From NCBI GenBank assembly GCA_030829545.1, contig JAURAI010000001.1, positions 70,234 through 134,233 on the forward strand: a stretch of DNA of 64,000 nucleotides, given 5' to 3'. Position numbers and translations under genes: made by a program. This document shows, in pieces, positions 50,365 through 60,085 of the stretch (its first letter is position 1; the number at the start of each line of letters is the position of its first letter). Origin of the DNA: Poseidonia sp. Its GTDB lineage: Archaea > Thermoplasmatota > Poseidoniia > Poseidoniales > Poseidoniaceae. The notes below the pieces were generated by a model. It did no database searches, was not told where the DNA came from, and worked only from the letters and a program-made list of their open reading frames with translations.

Positions 50365-50618
50365 GGTGGCCCATAATGACCGAGGCAACCACGCTCATGG
50401 GACGAACTGAAGAGCGAGAGAAAGCATACCCGTTGTGGATTGAGCGGGTTCTTCTCCTTGTTGCAGGAGTCGTTGTTATTCTCTATTCTCCAAAGATAAA
50501 CGCATCTATTGACCATGCGTGGATGGGGCCATTCGTGGCCTACATCGCTGTTCCTTTGGCATTGCTCGCTGCTGTTGAATTGATGGGCCGTTTTGTCCAA
50601 GGACGGCAAGGCTCATAA
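50361..50618 (+). CDS. Small 2-TM membrane protein, overlapping the stop of the giant coiled-coil gene (operon partner)
   Basis: 4-nt overlap. Two hydrophobic helices (LLLVAGVVVILY, VAYIAVPLALLAAV). Confidence 0.4.
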   Translation: MRWPIMTEATTLMGRTEEREKAYPLWIERVLLLVAGVVVILYSPKINASIDHAWMGPFVAYIAVPLALLAAVELMGRFVQGRQGS

Positions 50619-51830
50619 TTGACTGAAATCCTTTGACGCAGGCTCTGGTTCAACCAGATTGCTACGTGATTGTATCAATCCAATGACACGCTGCCAAGGG
50701 ATAAAGAAACGGAGAACAGCCATCAAGCTCAAGAATAACAAAGCTGAGATGACCAAGCCATAGGTCAATGTCAATTCAATCGATTCAGAGACTTGACCCG
50801 CCCATTGACTTCCCGTGGTATCCGATACAATAGTCAACAAGACCTTGTGGAAGCCAAGAGCCACCATCGTGGCAATACCGGTTAATCCGAGGAACAGGAA
50901 AGTGTGTCTCAAGTGCGTGTTGAGGACGTTGTCCATTTGGCGGACATATTCCGGGTCACGCTTGCATGATTCAGGGAGTCGGAAAGCGTATTCGAGGTTG
51001 CGAATAACGCCGTAACTTGCTTCCTGGAAAACCATGATCAAAACGGCGATGAGGATGAGATTGAATTGCTCTTGCGTCACCAATTTAAGCCCGAAGAGAC
51101 CGATGGTTGGATCTGAAGTTTGGCTCTCAAGGACGGCAAGTGTTCCTCCGTAGGACCCCAATTGCGATTTGATGAGCGGGAAGGTCAGGATGGCATGTAT
51201 TCCCAAGAACAGGAGGGTGAATCCAATCGCCCAGGCGATGGAGCGGCGGGACAGACCCCATATTCCTCGAGTGCCCATGATAACGGGGAGGAGATAAATG
51301 AACATGATGAGCAGTGACATGATCATCAATAAGGGCCACTGAAGTGTTTGCAATTCTGAATCAGTGGGCAAGCGTAAATCAAAGGAAAAGAGCATGCCGG
51401 CCAACCACGAGAGAGTCAGACGACCGATCAGCAAAACGATGAGGCCGATAATGAAACCCAATTTGATACGTTGCTGGACCTTTGGTATTTGGAATGCGAG
51501 GAAGGCCATTGCACCACCGAGGCTCAGTCCGAGGACCATGGGGACAAAGAAACGGGCAAGGCCTGAGCGACCTTCTCCAGTGAGCCAATCACCCAAGGGT
51601 AATTGGTCGGAGATGAGCAATTCAATGGTATCGAAAAGAATCGTGTGGTCGATGGAGCCAACAACATAGGTAGAGACCACTTCGAGGTACATTCCAATCA
51701 AGGCTACCGTTGCAACCACTTGCAGTGTAATGATTTGCCATTGGCGACGGAGGTTCTTGAGATGAAGCGTACGTGGACGCGCCGTTCCTTCAAGGAGGAC
51801 ATCTGACTGAAGACCAACTTCACCTGCCAT
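50613..51830 (-). CDS. Polytopic membrane protein (about 10 TM), terminal gene of the DUF4350-DUF58 cluster
   Basis: Hydropathy. Its start sits 2 nt after the upstream DUF58 gene. Confidence 0.45.
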   Translation of the reverse strand: MAGEVGLQSDVLLEGTARPRTLHLKNLRRQWQIITLQVVATVALIGMYLEVVSTYVVGSIDHTILFDTIELLISDQLPLGDWLTGEGRSGLARFFVPMVLGLSLGGAMAFLAFQIPKVQQRIKLGFIIGLIVLLIGRLTLSWLAGMLFSFDLRLPTDSELQTLQWPLLMIMSLLIMFIYLLPVIMGTRGIWGLSRRSIAWAIGFTLLFLGIHAILTFPLIKSQLGSYGGTLAVLESQTSDPTIGLFGLKLVTQEQFNLILIAVLIMVFQEASYGVIRNLEYAFRLPESCKRDPEYVRQMDNVLNTHLRHTFLFLGLTGIATMVALGFHKVLLTIVSDTTGSQWAGQVSESIELTLTYGLVISALLFLSLMAVLRFFIPWQRVIGLIQSRSNLVEPEPASKDFSQL

Positions 51831-51831
51831 C

Positions 51832-53085
51832 TTAGTACCCCCTTACCTGCATCAATGCCTGTGATAAATCCATGTCAGGCATCCAATCGATGACCTGTGC
51901 GCCTGAACCTGCCAAGGTGGTCAAACGATTCTGACGTTCCAGTTTGAGCACTTCGTAGGACATACGAGGAATACGGCTGACCAAGCGTTCAAAGTCAACG
52001 CTTGAAGGTGACAGGACCGTGACTTCGTGGCCTCGTCCTACCAAATCACGTACGGCGGCAGGAACGGTTCCATCGCCTTCACACGATGAGATGATGAAGA
52101 CAGGACTTCCCCTGCTAAATCGCCCACTCAGAGAGTTTGTGACCGCTTGAAGGGGCATTTCCCCTTTCGGTGTAACGCCTGCAAGGGCGCTGAGGATTTT
52201 GAAATACTGCTTGTCACCCGTATCGGGAGGAAGGTAGGATAGTTTCTCGTCGTATATCGCCAAAGCAACCGAATCTCGACGTTGCAGGAAGAAGGCTGCG
52301 AGACTGGCTGCAGATACAGTACCCATTTCGAGAGGATTCTTGAGAACCGTCCCAATACGCGCCAAATCACGACTGTCCAAAATCAAGAACAGGTCTGTTA
52401 CGGCGTCACGGCACTTTTCGTTGACCATCAGTTCGCCGGTACGAGCGTATGCTTTCCAATTGATATTCTTGAACGGGTCTCCGGGAACGTATTCCCTTAG
52501 TGAGTAGAATTCAGAGCCTTGTCCTGGTGTTCTTAGCGTGGTAGCACCGGTGTACATCTTAGGGGTACGACTTCGCAAAAATGCTTCTTCAATGTCCTTG
52601 ATTTGCGGGAAGATGACGATATCGCTGTGGTGGTCAACATACATCTCTTCAACGCCGAGGTTGAAGGTATTGCGAGCCCGGAGGGACACTGGGCCAATGG
52701 AATAGTGGCCGCGCAGTGGGCAGCGTAGAACGTAACGAATGCGTGCGCTCTCGCCTGGTTTGAGGTTCAATTGCATCTGATTGAGTCCACTTCGTAGTTT
52801 CATTTCATGAGGAATGTTATCGTAAATATCCAGCATCTGAGTTTTCCGATTGCTGCGGTTTGTTACGAGCAGTTCAACGTAGAGGTCGTCGCCCTTGTAC
52901 AAATTGTCGGCAGAAAGAGTGCGCTGTACTTCGACATCACCGTGGCCTGAAATCCATGAATTCACGACGATAAAAGCAACGAGGCTCAATCCGAGGATCA
53001 TCATTTGTTGATTGGAAATCATCATCCCAATCAGGACCAGAGCAATCCCTCCAGTGAAGGTAAATGCTGCTTTACGAGTCCACAT
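51832..53085 (-). CDS. DUF58 family protein (vWA-like, MoxR-operon associated)
   Basis: GSEFYSLREYVPGDPFKNINWKAYARTGELMV matches the DUF58 signature (REY..GD..R.I.WKA.AR). It has an N-terminal TM pair. Confidence 0.7.
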   Translation of the reverse strand: MWTRKAAFTFTGGIALVLIGMMISNQQMMILGLSLVAFIVVNSWISGHGDVEVQRTLSADNLYKGDDLYVELLVTNRSNRKTQMLDIYDNIPHEMKLRSGLNQMQLNLKPGESARIRYVLRCPLRGHYSIGPVSLRARNTFNLGVEEMYVDHHSDIVIFPQIKDIEEAFLRSRTPKMYTGATTLRTPGQGSEFYSLREYVPGDPFKNINWKAYARTGELMVNEKCRDAVTDLFLILDSRDLARIGTVLKNPLEMGTVSAASLAAFFLQRRDSVALAIYDEKLSYLPPDTGDKQYFKILSALAGVTPKGEMPLQAVTNSLSGRFSRGSPVFIISSCEGDGTVPAAVRDLVGRGHEVTVLSPSSVDFERLVSRIPRMSYEVLKLERQNRLTTLAGSGAQVIDWMPDMDLSQALMQVRGY

Positions 53086-53094
53086 GATACCACC

Positions 53095-54810
53095 TCACTG
53101 ACGTCCCCACGCCTTGATTCGTTTGACCAGAGCAACCGTTTGTTCAAGCGTGTATCTGTTGCTTGCTTCAACGGCGAATTTAGCCAACACCGGGTCGTTG
53201 ATCATCGAAACCAACTCGTTTGCCTTCATCGCTTGGAACTCTTCTCGATTCAACCCGTTCTGGTTACGAACCTTGGAAAGGAAGACTTGGCGAATTTTCT
53301 CCACTTTGGAGTAGTATGCATACCGGTTGGCATCACCAAATCCATAGTAGATGATGCTGAAAACGTGGCGCCAAGGTTCAGGGTCACGTTTCTTGATGAG
53401 GACCGCTTCAAAGGTGATAAAGAGAATCAGGAAGAGAAGAAGCATAGCAAGTCCTTCTCCTGTGAAGTAGACCAAGAGGAAGTAAACGGTGTTGTAAGAA
53501 TCAGCAGCCAGTGCGCTTTGGGGGTGGCGTGATTCGTCAAAGATGACCATGGCGTTTTCTGCGGGTTGTCCTTCCTCACCGATCAGTTCGCTCATCAGGG
53601 CTTCTGCAATGAAGTCAAGTGCCCATTTACGATTGTCATTCTGAGGCATCAAGGTGGCTGTTTCACCGTACTCACCATCGTTGAACCCTTCATAATCGTA
53701 CATGGCATTGATCAGCGCAGAACCATCGGCGATGAACAAAACACGCCCTCCGTCACTTGGTGAACAACTTGCCCTCGCACACGCTTCGATGCTGAGGTTG
53801 AATTGACCCCAGCGGTCGGGAGTCTCAGGTGTGATTTCATTGCCAACCCAGATTTCTCCATCACCGTTGACGTCAACGGTAGCCTCGTTGCTGGTAAGAG
53901 CCCGTATGGCAACTTCGGTCAATGGACCTCTCACTCCTGGAATGACTTCCAATCCAGTAATGTTGTTGAGCAACATTTGGTAGGTTGCGTTGTATTCAAC
54001 GATGCCGCCTACGAGATGGTGAGCGCACAAGCCCGCTTGGGATTCAGACAAACTTTGACCGTCAAGTTTTGCACACGGGTGCTCACCAGGCCCGTCTGGC
54101 ACACCCCATCGACTGTGAGTGGAGAGGGTTGTTGGGTCAACTTCGGTGCCGTTCATTCCGCAAGGATTGGACTGGACGCACATCCAGATGTAATTGTAAT
54201 CAAGTTCAGCGACGTATGTTGTGTCAAAGACCTGTTCACCAGTATAGCGAATTCCAAAGGCCTCAGCGATGGTGTTGGCATATCCGTAATCCTCGAGAAT
54301 GAGGGCTGTGCCGCCCGCTTCAACAAATTCAACAATCGCATTGATCTCTGAAGGAGAAAACCCATTGCCAGATGCGATCGTGATGAAACCATCTTCGTCA
54401 AATTGAGGCAAGGTGAGGGTGTCACGTTCAACACCTGCGAGGACGTAGGTCGTGTTACGTGGGTCCTCGATATCGGCGAGCAAAAGTGGACTGCTCACCA
54501 AAGAACGGGTGTCGATATTCATGGCGCGGATGTCTTCACGGAAGGCTGACATATCGTTCCAATCATCGTCATAGGCTGATAGTTGGTTGGTGGCACTGAT
54601 GTTGATGAAATTCGACATAATCGTGAGAAGAAGAATCAACATTACTCCCCAAAACGAAGCTTGGAGGGCGAGCCTCCGAGCGTTGAAATTGGCGGGGAGT
54701 CCTAGCATGCACATCACAAGGGATAAGGTTCCCAAATCAGCACGGGCTCCTATGACTTTAGAAGGTTGTCCACCTTCGTGGAGAAAATGCTCATCTCCAT
54801 TCGAGCGCAA
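53095..54810 (-). CDS. DUF4350/GldG-like extracytoplasmic protein with N- and C-terminal TM anchors
   Basis: AIVEFVEAGGTALILEDYGYAN resembles the DUF4350 core. Signal-anchor at the N-terminus and TM helix LLVYFTGEGLAMLLLFLILFITF near the C-terminus. Confidence 0.45.
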   Translation of the reverse strand: MRSNGDEHFLHEGGQPSKVIGARADLGTLSLVMCMLGLPANFNARRLALQASFWGVMLILLLTIMSNFINISATNQLSAYDDDWNDMSAFREDIRAMNIDTRSLVSSPLLLADIEDPRNTTYVLAGVERDTLTLPQFDEDGFITIASGNGFSPSEINAIVEFVEAGGTALILEDYGYANTIAEAFGIRYTGEQVFDTTYVAELDYNYIWMCVQSNPCGMNGTEVDPTTLSTHSRWGVPDGPGEHPCAKLDGQSLSESQAGLCAHHLVGGIVEYNATYQMLLNNITGLEVIPGVRGPLTEVAIRALTSNEATVDVNGDGEIWVGNEITPETPDRWGQFNLSIEACARASCSPSDGGRVLFIADGSALINAMYDYEGFNDGEYGETATLMPQNDNRKWALDFIAEALMSELIGEEGQPAENAMVIFDESRHPQSALAADSYNTVYFLLVYFTGEGLAMLLLFLILFITFEAVLIKKRDPEPWRHVFSIIYYGFGDANRYAYYSKVEKIRQVFLSKVRNQNGLNREEFQAMKANELVSMINDPVLAKFAVEASNRYTLEQTVALVKRIKAWGRQ

Positions 54811-54811
54811 T

Positions 54812-55060
54812 TCATTGATTGAGGTGAATTTTAGCAGCGATTCTTGAGATTGAGGAAGATGGGATCTTCACCGTGCTTTGATCGTGCTCAAAAGGAAGGG
54901 CTGAGGGGTCAACCGTTGCTTCAACACTCACGACGAGATCACTGAGCATACCGGTGTTGAGGTCAAAATGAATGTCTTTGAGGTGTCCAAGGAGCGCACC
55001 CGTGCGGTCCACGACCTCTCTTCCAATCACTTCCCGCCCGAAGATTGCCATGATTGTCAC
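54812..55060 (-). CDS. PRC-barrel domain protein
   Basis: 82 aa, VIGREVVDRTGALLGHLKDIHFDLNTGMLSDLVV matches the PRC-barrel pattern. Only 1 nt separates it from the downstream DUF4350 gene. Confidence 0.5.
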   Translation of the reverse strand: MTIMAIFGREVIGREVVDRTGALLGHLKDIHFDLNTGMLSDLVVSVEATVDPSALPFEHDQSTVKIPSSSISRIAAKIHLNQ

Positions 55061-55118
55061 CCCGCTGTTAAAGTTCCAGCGAAGGAATCCCTTGAATGCG
55101 TCGGTTGGTGAAGCGACA

Positions 55119-57347
55119 TCACATCGTTTCCATGCCGCGGCTGAAGTCTCGGTTTCGCTTGATGTTCGTCAAACCAGAGGTGAGGCGTGTTTCCATCTTT
55201 TGGTAGTATTCCAGCATGTCAGGGGTAACGGTTGGACGAACTCGAGAAATTGCTTCCTCAAAGTGGGCCTTTGTGACCTTCTTCTTGTTGGCACGCATGC
55301 AGATGAGAGCCGCTTCTCGGCAAACTGCTTCGATGTCGGCTCCAGTGAAGCCGTCCATACCTGTCAGGATGTCCTTAAAGGAGAACTTGCTCAGAGGCAT
55401 GCCTTCAGAGTGAATGCCAAAGATGACCTCACGAGCTCCAGCATCGGGCGGGGGCACGTGCAGCACACGTTCAAAGCGGCCGCTACGCAAGAGGGCAGGG
55501 TCAATCATTTCGGGACGATTGGTCGCAGCAACGATGATCACGCCATCAAGCGATTCAACACCATCCATACTGGCCAATAACTGGTTCACAACACGGTTGC
55601 CCACGTCGCTTCCCTCAGAGGCGCTTCCACCACTTCGCATGCTCGCAATGGATTCAAACTCATCAAGGAAAATGATGGAAGGCGAGGATTGCTTTGCTTT
55701 CTTGAAAATTTCTCGGATAGCTCGTTCAGATTCACCCACCCACTTCGAAATCAATTCTGGGCCTTTGATGCTGATGAAGTTCGCTTGTGCTTCGTTAGCA
55801 ATGGCCTTGGCCAAGAGAGTTTTACCCGTACCTGGTGCTCCAAACAGAACAATTCCTCGCGGTGGTTTGATTCCAAAGTGTTCGAACAAGTCTGGCTTGG
55901 TAAGCGGCCATTCAACCGATTCCTTGAGGCGGTCTTTGACCTCGAGCAGGCCACCGACTTCTTCCCAAGAAACCTCGGGAACTTCAACGTAAATCTCACG
56001 GAGCGCTGAAGGTTCAACATCACGAATGGCTTCTTTGAAATCGTCCATGCAGACTTCCATCTTTTCAAGGACCTCTGGAGGCAGTGTTTCCTCTTCAAGG
56101 TCGATTTCGGGGAGGTATCGGCGCAAAGCACGCATGGCCGATTCGCGGACCAAGGCAGCGAGGTCGGCCCCAACAAAGCCGTAGGTATTGTCGAGAACCC
56201 AAGAGATGTTAAAGTCATCTGAAATCGGCATTTGGCGGGTGTGGACATCCATGATTTCACTTCGTCCTTCACGATCGGGCACGCCGATTTCGATTTCTCG
56301 GTCAAAGCGACCGGGTCGTCGCAGGGCTGGGTCGAGTGCGTCTCTTCGGTTGGTGGCACCGATGACAACGACGTTGTCTCGACCTTGCATACCGTCCATG
56401 AGCGTGAGCATTTGCGCGACAACACGTCGTTCAACTTCGCCCGATACGTCTTCACGCTTGGGGCAGATGGAGTCGATTTCGTCGATGAAGATAATCGCTG
56501 GAGAATTTGCCGATGCTTCGTCAAATATTTCTCGGAGCTGCTTTTCTGATTCACCGTAATACTTTGAGATGATTTCAGGTCCGTTGATACTCTTGAAATG
56601 AGCGTTTACCTCGGTTGCAACAGCCTTGGCAATCATCGTTTTACCTGTCCCTGGTGGGCCGTGAAGGAGAACTCCTTTCGGTGGGTCAATGCCCAATCGG
56701 CGGAACAATTCAGGATGCTTGAGCGGCAGTTCAATCATTTCACGGACCTTGAGGAGTTGTTGGCCAATGCCTCCAACATCTTCGTAGGTGATGCCTTCAG
56801 ATTGACCGACATCTTCCTCGGCAACCGCTTCATCTTTGATGATAATCTCGGTGTCAGTCGTGACTTTGACAATGCCTTTTGGAACGGTTTGAACGACGGC
56901 AAAGGGAAGCGCTTCAGCAAACAGTGTCATCCCTGGAATGAAGATGCGATCGCCTGCGACCACAGGCCGTTTGGCGAGGCCACGCTTGGCAAAGCCTTCA
57001 ATGCCCGGCCCAAATTTGACTTTCTGCTTGTTCGCCATCACAGGAGAGATGGTCAATTTGGTGCACTCCTTGGCTTCGACTTTTCGAACTGTCACACGGT
57101 CACCGAGGCTGACACCAGCGTTTTTGCGGATGATACCGTCAACTCTGATGATGTCCATTTTTGCATCCTCGGGCCGGCTACGCCAGTAAATGGCAGCAGT
57201 GGAGCGCTCGTCCCCACTGATTTCTACAATGTCACCTGGCTTGAGGTCAAGACCCATCTCAGAGGATATGCGGGCTCGGCCGTGACCCACGTCAGATGGT
57301 ATGGCCTTTGATACACGTACTTCAATGGATTTGTCTTTGTCCGCCAT
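55119..57347 (-). CDS. cdc48: CDC48/VCP/p97 AAA+ ATPase (double AAA domain plus N-domain)
   Basis: Two Walker A GPPGTGKT and GAPGTGKT, two Walker B DE, second-region-of-homology arginines, and an N-terminal double-psi barrel region. Confidence 0.95.
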   Translation of the reverse strand: MADKDKSIEVRVSKAIPSDVGHGRARISSEMGLDLKPGDIVEISGDERSTAAIYWRSRPEDAKMDIIRVDGIIRKNAGVSLGDRVTVRKVEAKECTKLTISPVMANKQKVKFGPGIEGFAKRGLAKRPVVAGDRIFIPGMTLFAEALPFAVVQTVPKGIVKVTTDTEIIIKDEAVAEEDVGQSEGITYEDVGGIGQQLLKVREMIELPLKHPELFRRLGIDPPKGVLLHGPPGTGKTMIAKAVATEVNAHFKSINGPEIISKYYGESEKQLREIFDEASANSPAIIFIDEIDSICPKREDVSGEVERRVVAQMLTLMDGMQGRDNVVVIGATNRRDALDPALRRPGRFDREIEIGVPDREGRSEIMDVHTRQMPISDDFNISWVLDNTYGFVGADLAALVRESAMRALRRYLPEIDLEEETLPPEVLEKMEVCMDDFKEAIRDVEPSALREIYVEVPEVSWEEVGGLLEVKDRLKESVEWPLTKPDLFEHFGIKPPRGIVLFGAPGTGKTLLAKAIANEAQANFISIKGPELISKWVGESERAIREIFKKAKQSSPSIIFLDEFESIASMRSGGSASEGSDVGNRVVNQLLASMDGVESLDGVIIVAATNRPEMIDPALLRSGRFERVLHVPPPDAGAREVIFGIHSEGMPLSKFSFKDILTGMDGFTGADIEAVCREAALICMRANKKKVTKAHFEEAISRVRPTVTPDMLEYYQKMETRLTSGLTNIKRNRDFSRGMETM

Positions 57348-57438
57348 ACTGTTCTCTCCTGTCTATTTTTGTTGATACTTTGACGGTATATTAACGCACG
57401 CCATCAAGGATTTCGCCCCGCATCGGAAGGAATAACCT

Positions 57439-59172
57439 GTGCAGGGGACTATAAACCCGAGGACGAATTTGTTTTGGGACTCTTCTCACTCTTCATTCAA
57501 GCCAGCCATCACATTCAAGAGACGCATATGGGTCGCTCACAACATGGTTCATGTTCTTGAAACTGGTCTGGAATTCATCCAAGCAAATAACCCAAACGGC
57601 AAACCCTCAGTACGAGGCTTCAACATTATCAACGGCCAGTTAGCAAATGCCAGTGACGGAAAAAGTTTCCAATCCACCAACCCCGCTCTTCTTGCAGATT
57701 GCCTTGGTGAATTCCCGCTTTCGACCCGAGAGGACGTCCACGCTGCCCTCAACGCAGCCCATGCAGCATTCCCTGCTTGGTCGGCAACCCCCGCACCAAC
57801 CCGTGGCCAAATCATCGGAAACATGGGACGTTTGCTCATGGAACACAAAGACGACCTTGTGGCTCTTGAAACACGTGAAATTGGTAAAACACTCAAAGAA
57901 TCTGGAGGCGAAATCCAAGAAGCAATCGATACGTGTTTATTCTTCCAATCCGAAGGGCGGCGCCTCTACGGTCAAACCGTCAATTCGGAATTGCCCGACA
58001 AGGAATTGTTCACCTACCGCCGCGCCTTGGGTGTCTGCGGCATCATCAATGCGTGTAACTTCCCGTCCGCAGTCCCCTTCTGGAAGATGATTCCAGCCAT
58101 CATGTGCGGCAACACCTGTGTTTGGAAGAGCCCCCAAGATGCTCCGCTCCTTTCCTTCGCTCTTGCTCGCATCATGCACCAAGCAGGCCTGCCAGACGGC
58201 GTCATCAACCTCGTTCACGGCAAGGGAAGCGGTGCTGGCCAGTACCTCGTTGATGCTGTTGACGAAGGCTTGGTCAACAAGATCTCCTTCACGGGTTCAA
58301 CTGAAGTTGGCAAGATGATCGGTGAAGTATGTGGGCGAAACTTGGTTTCATGCTCGCTCGAACTTGGCGGAAAAAACCCGCTCGTCGTTATGCCATCCGC
58401 CAACCTCGACAACGCAGTTGAGGGTGCCTATTGGGGCGCCTTTGGGACCGCTGGCCAACGCTGCACAAGCCTCGGCAACCTCATTGTCCACGAAAGCATC
58501 TACGACGCTTTCATGGAGAAGTTCATGGCCAAGGTCAAAACAACCCGTATCGGTGATTCATCCGTTCACAAGGACGTCCTTTACGGACCGATGTTGTCGC
58601 CAAAGTATGCGAAAGATTTCCTCACCGGCCTCGACATGGCGAAAGCCTCTGGAGCAACTCAACTATGGGGTCAGGGAGAAATCACGGCCGACAATCAACC
58701 AGAGAATTTCATGGGAGATGCAACTGAGGGGGTCTTCATGTGGCCTCACGTCTTTGCCGATGTCACCGAAGACATGGATTGCTTCCAAGAAGAAATTTTT
58801 GGACCTGTCGTCACCGTGGTAAAGGCCAAAGATTTCGACCACGCCCTCCACTTGGCCAACGCAAGCCCCTACGGCCTGTCTTCCGCCATCTACACCAACG
58901 ACCGACTTGAGGCATACCGCTACAAGACCGGCATCAAAGCAGGCATGACCGGCATCAACAACTCAACCACGGGCGCTGAAGCTCACCTGCCCTTTGGTGG
59001 CGTGAAAGGATCTGGAAACGGAACACGAGAATCCGGTATTTGGGTTCTCGAAGCATACTCGTACTGGCACGCTGTCAACGATGAACTATCTGGTAAATTG
59101 CAACTCGCCCAGATGGATGTAGACGAAATCGAAATGGTGGAAGCAGAAGTAAATTGGAGCGATTTAGCCTGA
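57439..59172 (+). CDS. Aldehyde dehydrogenase (NAD(P)+) family protein
   Basis: Catalytic Cys context GQRCTSLG, FTGSTEVG and ELGGKNP motifs. The likely start is ATG ~57544. Confidence 0.85.
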   Translation: MQGTINPRTNLFWDSSHSSFKPAITFKRRIWVAHNMVHVLETGLEFIQANNPNGKPSVRGFNIINGQLANASDGKSFQSTNPALLADCLGEFPLSTREDVHAALNAAHAAFPAWSATPAPTRGQIIGNMGRLLMEHKDDLVALETREIGKTLKESGGEIQEAIDTCLFFQSEGRRLYGQTVNSELPDKELFTYRRALGVCGIINACNFPSAVPFWKMIPAIMCGNTCVWKSPQDAPLLSFALARIMHQAGLPDGVINLVHGKGSGAGQYLVDAVDEGLVNKISFTGSTEVGKMIGEVCGRNLVSCSLELGGKNPLVVMPSANLDNAVEGAYWGAFGTAGQRCTSLGNLIVHESIYDAFMEKFMAKVKTTRIGDSSVHKDVLYGPMLSPKYAKDFLTGLDMAKASGATQLWGQGEITADNQPENFMGDATEGVFMWPHVFADVTEDMDCFQEEIFGPVVTVVKAKDFDHALHLANASPYGLSSAIYTNDRLEAYRYKTGIKAGMTGINNSTTGAEAHLPFGGVKGSGNGTRESGIWVLEAYSYWHAVNDELSGKLQLAQMDVDEIEMVEAEVNWSDLA

Positions 59173-59266
59173 TTTTCTAACACTTTTACCCTGCGGGTCA
59201 ATGGTGAACCTCAAAGACCCTGCGCTCGTCCCCCCACATATCCCCTTTGGGATATGAGGCGTAATT

Positions 59267-60079
59267 GTGGGTGACGGCATCAAACTTCCAATGCTCAATG
59301 GGTTGGGTCGAACCAACCGAATCGACAACTGGTGGAGTCAACCACTGACCATGGGCATCGCCCTCACAGCGGCCCTCATCTACACCTTTTGGCGTCTGTT
59401 CATCAACGATGCAGATATTTCCTACACACTTCAAGGCAGCACGGTAATGTCGCCCATTTTCTCACCCAACGTACTCGAGTGGGACTTGTTCGGACTTTCT
59501 TCGTGGAATCATCCAGAGTGGGTCAACGCCGCCATCCTGGTTCTGTGGATACCCTTTGGCTTCCGTGGCACCTGCTACTACATGCGTCGCGTCTATTACA
59601 GGACCTTCTTTGCAAGCCCAACAGCGTGCTGGGTGGACGAACCCGACATCAACAAGGCAATCGGTTACAAGGGAGAGAAGCGCCTGTTTATTTTCAACAA
59701 CCTTCACCGCTATTTCCTCTATGCTGCCATGGTCATTCTCGTCATCAAATGGTGGGATGTCACCCACACAATGCACTTCAAAGACACCCACGAATACGGT
59801 GTCTCAATCGGTACCTTCGTGATGGCCATTGAAGCCTTCTTGTTGACCATGTATGTCACATCATGCCACGCACTTCGGCACCTCGCTGGAGGCATGCTCG
59901 ATCGCTGGACCACGGGCATCAGCCGCATCCGTGGACGCTTGTTTGGACGAATAAGCGTCCTCAATCGTTCACACGGCTTTTGGTTTTGGACCTCACTCGT
60001 TTTCGTATTCCTAGGAGACCTTTGGGTACTAGCAGTTGCCGATGGACGCTTCAATGACGTCGTATTGTTCAGTTTTTGA
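59267..60079 (+). CDS. Polytopic membrane protein immediately upstream of sdhA; candidate membrane anchor of the succinate dehydrogenase complex
   Basis: 5-6 TM helices with conserved His (WWDVTHTMHF, SCHALRHLAGG). Assignment rests on synteny alone. Confidence 0.3.
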   Translation: MGDGIKLPMLNGLGRTNRIDNWWSQPLTMGIALTAALIYTFWRLFINDADISYTLQGSTVMSPIFSPNVLEWDLFGLSSWNHPEWVNAAILVLWIPFGFRGTCYYMRRVYYRTFFASPTACWVDEPDINKAIGYKGEKRLFIFNNLHRYFLYAAMVILVIKWWDVTHTMHFKDTHEYGVSIGTFVMAIEAFLLTMYVTSCHALRHLAGGMLDRWTTGISRIRGRLFGRISVLNRSHGFWFWTSLVFVFLGDLWVLAVADGRFNDVVLFSF

Positions 60080-60085
60080 GGTGAG

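Noticed and set aside
55119-57347. MoxR-type ATPase for the DUF58/DUF4350 cluster
   Set aside because: The ATPase has two AAA domains plus an N-domain, that is CDC48/VCP, not the single-domain MoxR. MoxR is absent from the window.
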